The notes beneath the pieces are model-generated. The model made no database searches. It had not been told where the DNA came from and was given only the letters and a program-made list of their open reading frames with translations. Made by a program: the position numbers and the translations under genes. Below, one piece after another: positions 55,054-64,000 of a DNA stretch of 64,000 nt. Numbering within the stretch: position 1 is the stretch's first letter; each line of letters starts with the position of its first letter. Origin of the DNA: Nitrospirota bacterium (GTDB taxonomy: Bacteria; Nitrospirota; UBA9217); NCBI GenBank assembly GCA_963737155.1, contig CAVTRN010000002.1:1344001-1408000 (forward strand). The letters are read 5' to 3'.

Positions 55054-55826
55054 ACCATGCGTCCGGCTCTCGACGGCAAGATTGGGAGCCGGCTGTGGAT
55101 ATCGTTATTGCCAGAAAACTCATAAAGGATTATAACGGATTTCGGGCTGTGGATGGCATTGATTTCGCGATTAACGGCGGCGAATGCTTCGGCTTCCTTG
55201 GACCGAACGGTGCGGGGAAGACCACAGTCATGCGGATGATCTCCTGTTTCATGCCACCGACGACCGGGTCGGTGTCGATATTCAGCCTTGACTCGGCTAA
55301 ACAACCGAGCGAAATCAAATCGAGGATAGGAGTCATGCCTCAGGATAACAACCTTGATCCCGACCTCTCGGCAATCGAGAACCTTATGGTTTACGGACGG
55401 TACTTCGATATCAGAAAAAAAGAATCTCTCCGGCTCTCACGTGTGCTGCTCGAATTTGTTGAACTTCAGGACAAGGCTGGAGCGAAGATCGACCAGCTCT
55501 CTGGGGGGATGAAGCGCCGCCTTCTGCTTGCACGCTCCCTCATGAATACCCCGGAAATACTGATCCTCGACGAGCCTACGACCGGCCTCGATCCGCACAG
55601 CAGACGTGCTGTCTGGGACAAGCTCAATCATCTGAAAAAAAAAGGCACGACGCTTCTGCTGACGACCCATTATATGGAGGAAGCGGAAAAACTCTGCGAT
55701 CGCGTTGCAATCATGGATTCGGGAAAGATCGTTACCATTGATTCGCCTTCTCATCTCATGAAACTTCATGGCAGTAACCTCGAAGACGTCTATCTCAAAC
55801 TGACGGGGAGGAGCCTTGCGGATTAA
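55047..55826 (+). CDS. ABC transporter ATP-binding protein (NodI/DrrA-like)
   Basis: GPNGAGKTT, LSGGM, ILDEPT; alternative GTG start at 55095. Confidence 0.93.
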   Translation: MSDHASGSRRQDWEPAVDIVIARKLIKDYNGFRAVDGIDFAINGGECFGFLGPNGAGKTTVMRMISCFMPPTTGSVSIFSLDSAKQPSEIKSRIGVMPQDNNLDPDLSAIENLMVYGRYFDIRKKESLRLSRVLLEFVELQDKAGAKIDQLSGGMKRRLLLARSLMNTPEILILDEPTTGLDPHSRRAVWDKLNHLKKKGTTLLLTTHYMEEAEKLCDRVAIMDSGKIVTIDSPSHLMKLHGSNLEDVYLKLTGRSLAD

Positions 55827-56571
55827 TCGCGCATTCAGCGTTTGGCAGCGGCACTGGCTCGTTTATACTAAATTATACAAGACGAGCTTTGCGCTGAATT
55901 TCGCTGAGCCGGCGCTGTATCTTGTTGCCATGGGACTGGGACTCGGTTCCTTCGTGAAAGACATTCACGGACAGCCTTACATCAAATATATCGCGCCCGG
56001 GATCGTGGCTTCGTCCTCCGTTTTCGCCGCTGTTTATGAGTGCACCTACGGCACCTATATAAGAATGACTTTTCAGAAAACCTTCGATGCTATTCTTGCC
56101 ACTCCTGTAAACCTGGACGATCTCATAGCGGGGGAGCTTGTTTGGGGTGCGACCAAAAGTGTAATCTTTGGAATCACCATAGCGATTGTAATAGCCCTGT
56201 TCGGGCTTGCTGAATCTCCACTCATCATATTCGTCATCCCCTTTATCTTTTTGGGTGGGTTGATATTCGCCGAACTGTCCATTATTTTTTGCGCAATTGT
56301 CCCGGGGATTGATTCATTCAGTTATTTTTATACACTTTTCATGACTCCGCTTTTTCTATTTTCTGGCATTTTTTTTCCTCTTGATAGTATGCCGCGCCTG
56401 GTCGCCGATTTCGCATATTTTACACCACTCTATCACCTGGTGATTGTCTGCCGGGCACTTAACTCGGGCTCCGTCGCCAATGCCCTCGGGAGCATTATCT
56501 GGCTTATTGTGGCTGTTGTGGTCCTTGCCCCTCTCCCATTTAAGCTTATGAGAAAAAAGATAATCATGTGA
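55816..56571 (+). CDS. ABC-2 permease (NodJ-like)
   Basis: EPALYL..G.GLG, APG, PLFLFSGIFFP, PLYH. Confidence 0.9.
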   Translation: MRINRAFSVWQRHWLVYTKLYKTSFALNFAEPALYLVAMGLGLGSFVKDIHGQPYIKYIAPGIVASSSVFAAVYECTYGTYIRMTFQKTFDAILATPVNLDDLIAGELVWGATKSVIFGITIAIVIALFGLAESPLIIFVIPFIFLGGLIFAELSIIFCAIVPGIDSFSYFYTLFMTPLFLFSGIFFPLDSMPRLVADFAYFTPLYHLVIVCRALNSGSVANALGSIIWLIVAVVVLAPLPFKLMRKKIIM

Positions 56572-56639
56572 GGTAAGGCCACTCTGAAGACGTCAGGATA
56601 TCCATGAACAACGTATTCCCGTCGCGGGCTAGCTTCATC

Positions 56640-56990
56640 ACGAGGAATTGACGATCATGAAAAAAAATACTGCAGTGCTCAAGTGAATACTGTTTGACGG
56701 GCGATCTATTCCTTAGCGGTCTCGAACGCCCACATGCTCGGCATCAATATTATGATATTATTTATATATTTTTTGGCAACCTATTACTGCTGCCGGGCAA
56801 GATCATCGCTTCCAACTCTAAGAAAATATCGCAGGAATCAAACGTGGTCCACATCCCTGGTGGAAACGATCGGGATAATACTATATACGGTCGCCCGTAA
56901 AAAAAATGAATCAAACTGAAAAAGCATCGTTGCGATCATGTTTTCCATGTATCATCAGCGAGCCCATATTTCTCAGAGCCATCGAGCGTC
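56640..56990 (+). pseudogene. Possible decayed receiver-domain gene
   Basis: GLER...YDII..GNLLLLPG...KKISQESNVVHI weakly resembles a receiver fold. Confidence 0.25.
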
Positions 56991-57074
56991 AGGAAAATAA
57001 AGGCCCCGTTGAAAGTGTGGAAATAATAAAAGCCCAGTGTACTCAGTCCAGAGTGCTGGGCAACATAACTTTAT

Positions 57075-57218
57075 AAAACAGTCCTGAAATACCCGGCAGC
57101 TCTGCTGCTGGGATGAAAAGGACATCCTGGCGAAGCCAGGATAAGCTTTAGCCTTTTTGTTGTGCTTTTTTTTGGGTTTCAAGTTACGATGCCTCGCAGC
57201 TTGCTGCGGGGTAATTCA
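57075..57218 (+). mobile_element. Non-autonomous IS200/IS605-type mini-element (PATE-like)
   Basis: TTAT, then CCCGGCAGCTCTGCTGCTGGG, ATCCTGGC-GAA-GCCAGGAT, CCTCGCAGCTTGCTGCGGGG-TAATTCA; abuts the neighbouring stop codon. Confidence 0.75.
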
Positions 57219-58082
57219 CTATTTTGATAGAAACTTGTATACTGCCGAAAAATCCATTTCTCCCAATCCGTTTTTAACTGCTAGAGCATAGATTTCTTTT
57301 GCCAGATTCGACATTGGTAATGCAACGCCTGCTTCGTAAGCGGTATCTGACGCAAGCTGTAAATCCTTGTGCATCCATTGAAGCGGAAACTCCGTATCGA
57401 ACTTGCCTTCCTCCATCTTTGAGCGCTTCATGGATAGGAACGGAGCAGCCACGGGAGAACTGAGCAGGGTATCGAGGAGTTGGCCCTTGGCTATCCCCAG
57501 TGCTTCGCCGAGAATGATCGCTTCCGAGAAAGCCACCATCTCCTGGGCCAGGATCACATTATTCACCATTTTCATGGAGGTTCCCATTCCGTTTCCTCCG
57601 ATATGAAAGACCGACTTGCCCATTGCTTCGAAGAGTGGACGGGCTTCCTCAACATCGGATTTATCGCCCCCTACGAGGAATACAAGCTGGCCCTGTTCGG
57701 CCGGTCCTTTTGACCCGGCGACTGGCGCGTCGATAAAGCGTATCCTCCGCTGATGGGCCTCGGAAGCCATGAGACGCGAGAATGAGGGATTAACGGTGCT
57801 GCAATCGATCCAGAGCGAATTGACGGCGAGCGTGTTGAGAAATCCGCTACGCCCGAGCAAGGCTGTTTCAGCCACTGCATCAGGTTTTGAAAGCATCGTG
57901 ATAATCGTTTTTACCTGACGAGCCACATCAGCCGGAGTAGCCGCCCATAGCGCCCCTCGCGCGGTGAGCAGATCCGCTTTCTGTCTTGTTCTGTTATAAA
58001 CGACCAGTTCATGTCCTTTTTTCTGGAGATTCTCCGCCATGCGGATGCCCATGATTCCCAAACCTATGAAACCGATCTTCAT
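57219..58082 (-). CDS. NAD(P)-dependent oxidoreductase, 3-hydroxyisobutyrate dehydrogenase family
   Basis: IGFIGLGIMG, DCSTV, DAPVAGS, K..NN, KDL. Confidence 0.92.
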   Translation of the reverse strand: MKIGFIGLGIMGIRMAENLQKKGHELVVYNRTRQKADLLTARGALWAATPADVARQVKTIITMLSKPDAVAETALLGRSGFLNTLAVNSLWIDCSTVNPSFSRLMASEAHQRRIRFIDAPVAGSKGPAEQGQLVFLVGGDKSDVEEARPLFEAMGKSVFHIGGNGMGTSMKMVNNVILAQEMVAFSEAIILGEALGIAKGQLLDTLLSSPVAAPFLSMKRSKMEEGKFDTEFPLQWMHKDLQLASDTAYEAGVALPMSNLAKEIYALAVKNGLGEMDFSAVYKFLSK

Positions 58083-58437
58083 GTAGACCTCCTGTTCTCG
58101 AGAGTAGAAAATCATACAAGGTGCGTACCAGGGCCGTCTGCAATATAAACCACGACGGCGTGAGGGTTTAATCCGCGTTTAATGTTTTCTTCGCGTCTTT
58201 TGCGACATTGCAGCAACGATTTAAGTTATTTACGAAGTTGTCTTAAAGATAAGTCCCGGCTTTATTCACAGTCGCTTCTTTACGGCTTATTCACACTGTC
58301 TTTTTGTAAGATGATTAGGCTCGTGCATTTATTGCGTCCTAAGGATTTCTGGAGGCTTCGGACTGAATACGGGGTTTCGCGTTCCTTTGCCAGTCTCCAC
58401 TCCTGTCTCACGTCAAATCGCATTAATTGTACATTAT

Positions 58438-58580
58438 CAAAAGCGAAGCAGAAGACCTCGGCGTTAGCCCGTGGATGAATGCGTTCCTGTTGTCCCAGTC
58501 CACCTCAAGAGGGACTGATGATGGGGTGCTTTTGCGGTTTCAAAGTGCCACGGACATAAGCCCGAGGGTATATATTTGAC
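58438..58580 (+). mobile_element. Second family of IS200/IS605-type mini-element
   Basis: TTAT, then CCTCGG-cgttag-CCCGTGGATGAATGCG, central CAGTCC..GGACTG, CCACGG-acataag-CCCGAGG; right end degenerate. Confidence 0.5.
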
Positions 58581-58677
58581 GAGCTAGTCGTTATTCATGA
58601 GATTGCATCCTGCGCCTTGTTTAATTTTGTACGTTCTGCACCTTGACAAATGATTCGGAAGGAGCAAAAATTATACT

Positions 58678-59529
58678 ATGAATACTCGAGTGGCAAGCGG
58701 ATTGTTTTTCCTGTTTATTTTCCTGGTAATTGCACTGACAACGGCAGAGGTTGGGTCTAAACAAGTGTATCAGGTTGACAAGAGAAAGATTATATCTTTC
58801 AACCAGATGATCAGCGATGTGAAAAAAGCCGACTTTGTTATTATTGGTGAAGTACATGATGATCCTGATCATCACCGCTTGGAGCTGGCAATTATCAGAG
58901 CGCTCCATGAATCGGACGTGCCGCTTGCAATTGGTCTAGAGATGTTCAGAGCCGACAGTCAGAGGGCTCTGGACGAATGGGTTCGCGGATCGTTAACGCT
59001 TGATGGTTTTCTGCCTCTTTACTACGACAACTGGCGCATGGCCTGGCCGATGTACCGGGACATATTTACCTATGCTAGGGAACATCGGATTCCTCTTGTG
59101 GGGCTAAATATTTCCGACAAGATAGTTGCGACTGTGGCAAAAAAAGGGTTCGCGTCGCTCACGAAAAAAGAGCGACAAATGCTTCCCCGTGGTATCAGTT
59201 GTAATGTGGATCCAACCTATATGAATTTCATTAGAGAGGCTTACGCCGGTCATCCCAACGAAACGGACAAGTTGTTTCTAAATTTCTGTGAAGCTCAGAT
59301 GGTCTGGGACAAAAGCATGGCGGCAAACCTGATTGATTATCGAAAACTGCATCCGTCCCAAACTGTAGTAGTTCTTGCCGGTGTAGGGCATGCCTGGAAA
59401 CGGGGGATTCCCGAACAACTTGCCCAGGAATCAAAGTATTCTGTTAAAACCGCGCTACCGCTTGTGCCGGGCCAAATTGAGAAGGACACTGTCACCGTGA
59501 ATGACGCGGATTATATACTGCTGAACTGA
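58678..59529 (+). CDS. ChaN family (heme-uptake associated) exported protein
   Basis: IIGEVHD..HH, IGLEMF, AQMVWD..MA, LAGVGH. Confidence 0.88.
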   Translation: MNTRVASGLFFLFIFLVIALTTAEVGSKQVYQVDKRKIISFNQMISDVKKADFVIIGEVHDDPDHHRLELAIIRALHESDVPLAIGLEMFRADSQRALDEWVRGSLTLDGFLPLYYDNWRMAWPMYRDIFTYAREHRIPLVGLNISDKIVATVAKKGFASLTKKERQMLPRGISCNVDPTYMNFIREAYAGHPNETDKLFLNFCEAQMVWDKSMAANLIDYRKLHPSQTVVVLAGVGHAWKRGIPEQLAQESKYSVKTALPLVPGQIEKDTVTVNDADYILLN

Positions 59530-59638
59530 TTTCTCTTCATCAGCCGCATGATCTTGGAATACCGCCAGCCATTAGAGAATGGCTGATCTTCTCTCGTAAA
59601 TCGAACAGAGCAATTATTGATTATACGAGAGCTTCTGC

Positions 59639-59923
59639 CTATTTAACCCTTCTCATAAACTCTCCGACAGGGACCGCCGGGAGCGATATAAGTTGCACTG
59701 AACCTCGAGAGCCTATCTCGACGGACATCTTCAAAACCGTTTCGTTGTCCGGTGCTTCAACGATATTCACAAAATCATAATTACCCATGAGCGCATATTG
59801 TTGAAGAATTTTTACACCCATAGCTTCGATTTCCCGGTTCACTTCCAAAATTCGTTCCGGTTTCTGCTTTATGGTGCGCCTGCCTTCGTCGGTAAGATTG
59901 CTCAGGATCACGTAATACGGCAT
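59639..59923 (-). CDS. GYD domain protein
   Basis: LTDEG, Y..MGNYDFV..VEAPD. Confidence 0.9.
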   Translation of the reverse strand: MPYYVILSNLTDEGRRTIKQKPERILEVNREIEAMGVKILQQYALMGNYDFVNIVEAPDNETVLKMSVEIGSRGSVQLISLPAVPVGEFMRRVK

Positions 59924-61006
59924 TATTGCTGTCCTTTCCTGAGAAGTACTGATTTAGAATGCATCCGATGGCCAAGAAATACCATGATTTAATTATAGCT
60001 TTATTTTGCCAGTTCCGTATGATACTGCGTTTTTTATCGCAAGCGTGTATCTATTTGATATATATTGAATATGATTGAGCATGCTAAAAAGCGATCGGCA
60101 AACCATCCATTTATACCGGAGGTAAAGCATTAGTAACTGACCACAGTTTACTCCCTTTCGCCCCGTTTAGTGAAATCTCTGCAATGAATTTATGGAATCG
60201 GGTGGGTAGGGAGCCTTACGGCTTCTTTTTCCCCTCAGAACTGTATATGAGAGTTCTCTCTCACACACCTCAAGTTCCTTTCAAGGAAACCCTGGTGTAG
60301 ATCCTCACGATTCAAATTAAAGTCGCTTCACGATATTTGCGGGCTGTCAATATGATGAAGCCTAAAGGGACACCGATGCTGAACTGAAGCTCGGTATTGT
60401 CATTTGTATACCTTTCGTATATTGATTCATACTATGTTCTCGTGACGAAGAACCTGCCAATTGAGCTACTTTAGAAAGTCCCTCATTAATCGGGGATATC
60501 CATACCATACAGCAGGACCTTCGCTTTTTTTTATGGAATCTCAATCCAGCCATCTACCAGCATTCACAGCTTGCCTTACTGTTGCCTGACCGAATTACTT
60601 CGCGGCGAAGGTACTCGGGTATCACGTTCCTCATAAATGATCTTCGCGTGAATTAGGTGTGTCATTGACACCGGTGGTAATGCAGTTTCATGCAGGTACA
60701 GTATAGACCTGCAGTCAGCCATTTGCCATTCGCACAGGGGATGCGCGAAGCCGAATGCGTGGGGAAACCCAAACCATAAGTTTTACATGATTGCCCAAGG
60801 TAAACGCTGTGTGAAAAAAATCATCTCGCACGGTTCCGACGAACAGGGGGAATCTTGCAACAAACGTCCTTTCAGCGTTTTACCGAGTGCAATAATTTCC
60901 CTTGACTCATAACACAGAATAGGATTAGGCTATTTTTATTTTTCTTGATTTCAGGAAAGGCTTATGTTATAGATGATTAAGGAAAGGTCATAGGTGAGGC
61001 AAAACC

Positions 61007-61189
61007 ATGAAGCGAGAAGGAGCAAAATTCAAAAAACAGCATCCTTCGGCTGGTTTAAAAGAAAAGCCCATGTGCGGAACCCTGTCCTATCTTGCTGAAT
61101 GCCGCGGCATGGTACAATGGGCCGGTTCAAACAGGTGGCCGGAGCATCCCAGCGATGTGAAAAAAATTGTACGAAAAATATCCCGCTGA
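61007..61189 (+). CDS. Small hypothetical protein or leader ORF upstream of cooT
   Basis: ATG after GGTGAGG; stop lies within a terminator hairpin. Confidence 0.35.
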   Translation: MKREGAKFKKQHPSAGLKEKPMCGTLSYLAECRGMVQWAGSNRWPEHPSDVKKIVRKISR

Positions 61190-61211
61190 ATTCTAAGATG
61201 GCGGGTTTTTT
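61182..61211 (+). terminator. Terminator-like hairpin just upstream of cooT
   Basis: CCCGCT...GGCGGG plus T6. Confidence 0.6.
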
Positions 61212-61241
61212 AATTTGCCGGCAAAGGAGTTTAAATAAGTC

Positions 61242-61430
61242 GTGTGCGATCTTAAAGCCTACGTCAGGAAAAATAACAGAGAAGAGTTGCTGCTGGAGTC
61301 CGTCAATCATGTTCTTGTCGAGCATGGCGAGGTCACGTTTCGCAATCTTTTCGGTGAGGAAAAAAAAATCCGTGGCGAAGTGCGCGAGGTATCGCTTGTC
61401 AAGAATCGAATCATCGTTGAAGGAATTTAA
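61242..61430 (+). CDS. cooT: CooT family nickel-binding protein
   Basis: MC..KAY, EELLLESV, NLFGE; Cys2 is the typical Ni ligand; GTG after AAGGAG. Confidence 0.85.
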   Translation: MCDLKAYVRKNNREELLLESVNHVLVEHGEVTFRNLFGEEKKIRGEVREVSLVKNRIIVEGI

Positions 61431-61491
61431 AAAGAGCTTTATGCCCGCCTGGCCGATGTTTCACTGAAATTTCGCCTGAATGCCTCCAAGC

Positions 61492-62496
61492 CTAATTGGT
61501 TGAAAGAACTACAGCACGCCTTCTGACTTTTTGATCCACTCGTACGGCAATTTCATCCAGAGCGAATTCTTTTTTGATCAGTATCAAATTTTCGCGTTTC
61601 TGCCCGATGGCCGCTGATCTGTCAAGGGGGTTCACGCAAAAGACAGCGGTCTTTACTTGGCCGCCCGCGTTTATTAACGTCAACCGCATTTTCTCGTTTA
61701 AAATTAAGGAATCCACGAGCTGCCTGAATGCTGGGTGATACGGTCCGGCGAGTATGGTGCCAGGCTTTTCAAGTTCCTCGGTCGATTGGAGGCCCATGCG
61801 GATTACCTCAATTCCATGTTTCTCAAACCGTACAAAAGCTTCTAGACACATGGTCACAGCCGCTCCCAAGGTAAGCGGTCTGTAGCGCCCGCTCTTGTAA
61901 AGATTTTCGAGAGGGGTATTTTTTATAACGAGAGCGGGATAAAGCCGAACACTATCCGGTTTGAGCTCTAGGATCTTGGCGACGGTTTCTCGGAAAATGA
62001 CTTCCGAGTCTCCCGGCAGACCAGGCATCAACTGAAGGCCGACGGAAAATCCCTGTTGCCTGAGCAGCGTGAATGACTTTAATGTGTCTGCCGCCGTATG
62101 ACCGCGGTTCGAAAGCGAAAGCACCTCGTCATTCATGGACTGGACGCCAAGTTCGATTGTCTGAACGTGATATGACTTGAGGAGAGATAGGATTTCAACG
62201 TTGATGCAATCTGGCCTAGTTGACAGCCGGATTGTTCGAACGTGATTCGTGTACAAAAAGGGCTGAACCGCTTCCAGATATCGCTTCATCGTTTCCAGCG
62301 GCAGTGCGGTAAAACTCCCGCCATAAAATGCCACCTCTGCGGAAATTTCTGAAGAATGGGTGCTCAGATAGAGGCGGATTTTATCGGAGATAGTCGATGC
62401 ATCCTCAGGTTTGTTTTGGCCAGTGATTTTTTTCTGGTTACAAAACACACATTGGTGCGGACAGCCCGAGTGGGGAATAAAGAAGGGGATGATCAT
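61492..62496 (-). CDS. Radical SAM protein (Elp3/YhcC-like)
   Basis: CPHQCVFC, FYGGSFT, STRPD, ELGVQS. Confidence 0.9.
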   Translation of the reverse strand: MIIPFFIPHSGCPHQCVFCNQKKITGQNKPEDASTISDKIRLYLSTHSSEISAEVAFYGGSFTALPLETMKRYLEAVQPFLYTNHVRTIRLSTRPDCINVEILSLLKSYHVQTIELGVQSMNDEVLSLSNRGHTAADTLKSFTLLRQQGFSVGLQLMPGLPGDSEVIFRETVAKILELKPDSVRLYPALVIKNTPLENLYKSGRYRPLTLGAAVTMCLEAFVRFEKHGIEVIRMGLQSTEELEKPGTILAGPYHPAFRQLVDSLILNEKMRLTLINAGGQVKTAVFCVNPLDRSAAIGQKRENLILIKKEFALDEIAVRVDQKVRRRAVVLSTN

Positions 62497-62546
62497 AGAG
62501 TCAGCAGGCGGAACGTAGGAGGTGGGGATGTAAATATTTACCCTCT

Positions 62547-63242
62547 CTACTGCCTATAGTTTCTGGTTAATTTATCCAGTGCTTCCTTCGCGGCTTTTTG
62601 TTCAGCTTCTTTTTTGTTTTTACCGATACCCCGGCCGTAGATCTCACCTTTGATTACCAGATCAATGGTGAATTGCTTAAAATGATCAGGACCGGTCTCG
62701 GCCGCGATGCGGTATTCGGGGAGCTGCTTCAATTGTTCCTGGCATAATTCCTGTATCTCCGTTTTATAGTCGAGCGTACTCCTTGATACGCAGGTTTTGT
62801 GTATCAGTTCCTCAAAAAAATGAATGACAAACTCTTTCGCTGCGATATTGCCACCGTCAAGATAAATAGAGGCGATCAACGCTTCGAGGCAGTCAGCAAG
62901 TAGCGAGTCCTTGTCTCTTCCACCGGTTTGCTCTTCGCCTCTTCCGAGCAGTAGGTAATTGCCAATGCCAATTTCACGGGCTATGGAGGCAAGGGCGGGT
63001 TCGCTCACCAGCGCAGCCCGAAGCCGGGAGAGATCGCCCTCGCTTGAGGCCGGGCACGCATTCATCATGTGTTCAGTGATGACCAGGCTTAGGACGGCAT
63101 CGCCCAGGAACTCGAGCCGCTCATTGTGGACGGACAGGCGATTTTCATTCGCGAAGGATTTGTGCGTCAGTGCCTGTTCGAGCAGCTCCCTATTCTCGAA
63201 GTGATAGCCGATGCGCTGTTGAATATCTAATAGGGGGGGCAT
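62547..63242 (-). CDS. rnc: Ribonuclease III
   Basis: NERLEFLGDAVL, C-terminal dsRBD. Confidence 0.97.
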   Translation of the reverse strand: MPPLLDIQQRIGYHFENRELLEQALTHKSFANENRLSVHNERLEFLGDAVLSLVITEHMMNACPASSEGDLSRLRAALVSEPALASIAREIGIGNYLLLGRGEEQTGGRDKDSLLADCLEALIASIYLDGGNIAAKEFVIHFFEELIHKTCVSRSTLDYKTEIQELCQEQLKQLPEYRIAAETGPDHFKQFTIDLVIKGEIYGRGIGKNKKEAEQKAAKEALDKLTRNYRQ

Positions 63243-63243
63243 T

Positions 63244-64000
63244 CTATTTCCGGAACCGTCTGAAGATCAGGCAGGCATTTGTCCCGCCGAAACCAAAGGA
63301 GTTGGACATGGCCACATCCGCCTGAACCGTTCTCGACGTATGTGGAATGTAGTCCAGATCGCATTCCGGGTCGGGATTATCAAGATTGATGGTCGGCGGC
63401 AGAAGACCTCGGTCGAGGGCCAAAATGGTGATAACTGCCTCCACGCCGCCAGCGGCGCCGAGTAGGTGACCAATCATAGACTTCGTGGAGCTTATCGGTA
63501 TTTTGTAGGCATGGTCTCCAAAGACGGTCTTGATGGCGATTGACTCAAGCTCGTCACCGTATTTGGTCGATGTGCCATGGGCGTTGATATAGCCCATCTC
63601 CGCAGGGGATATGCCCGCGTCTTTGACAGCCATCTTCATGCATCGTGCTGCCCCTTCACCGTTCGGCGCTGGCGCTGTTATGTGATACGCGTCACCAGAG
63701 GCGCCGTAGCCGATCACCTCTGCATAGATGCGTGCGCCGCGCTTTTCGGCACACTCGAGGCCTTCAAGAACGACAACGCCCGAGCCTTCGCCCATGATGA
63801 ACCCGTCGCGCTCTGTGTCGAAAGGACGGCTTGCGCGTTGAGGTTCGTCGTTCCGCGTGGAGAGTGCCTTCATGGCGTTGAATCCACCGACGCCGAGCGG
63901 ACAGATACATGATTCAGTTCCGCCCGCGATTATCGCATCAGCATCGCCGCGCTCAATTGTCCTGAAAGCCTCACCGATGGAATGAGTGCCGGTCGCGCAG
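63244..64000 (-). CDS. fabF: Beta-ketoacyl-ACP synthase II (5' truncated by window edge)
   Basis: [31 protein letters not shown]. Confidence 0.96.
   Translation of the reverse strand, partial: CATGTHSIGEAFRTIERGDADAIIAGGTESCICPLGVGGFNAMKALSTRNDEPQRASRPFDTERDGFIMGEGSGVVVLEGLECAEKRGARIYAEVIGYGASGDAYHITAPAPNGEGAARCMKMAVKDAGISPAEMGYINAHGTSTKYGDELESIAIKTVFGDHAYKIPISSTKSMIGHLLGAAGGVEAVITILALDRGLLPPTINLDNPDPECDLDYIPHTSRTVQADVAMSNSFGFGGTNACLIFRRFRK

Noticed and set aside
60362-60553. BamA-like C-terminal remnant (WISPI; QFSIG) on the minus strand
   Set aside because: Only two short motifs in different frames; could easily be chance
60995-61035. c-di-GMP-I riboswitch (GGCAAAA...GCAAAA)
   Set aside because: Lacks the GNRA-capped P2 stem and the P3 receptor

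Overview
64 kb of a bacterial chromosome. Gene content suggests an anaerobic diderm such as Nitrospirota/Thermodesulfovibrionia or Desulfobacterota (inference only). Core genes: CO dehydrogenase cooS, a MerR-type HTH gene heading pilMNOPQ (PilQ has a 6x45-bp repeat) plus an Ig-like lipoprotein, rpsU/RRM/der, leuS-lptE-holA, rpsT, murJ, guaB, PBP1A, ileS-lspA-rluD, hflX, a heptosyltransferase, ubiX, argS-tgt-yajC-secDF, a TPR lytic transglycosylase, zapB-like, a NodI/J-like ABC pair, cooT and fabF-rnc-radical SAM. The unusual signals are in mobile and intergenic DNA. (1) An intact IS607 element whose 562-aa TnpB has a D-E-H RuvC triad and no zinc finger. (2) A decayed tnpB-only IS200/IS605 element inserted in a DUF1573 gene that looks like a former UGC-motif selenoprotein. 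(3) Four ~130-145-bp non-coding three-hairpin IS200/IS605-like mini-elements, two of them clear homologues with a compensatory base change. (4) hflX apparently starting at AUU. (5) Several decayed pseudogenes (DUF4124, GGDEF, possible receiver). No rRNA, tRNA or CRISPR array was seen. All calls come from reading motifs by eye; no database search was run.
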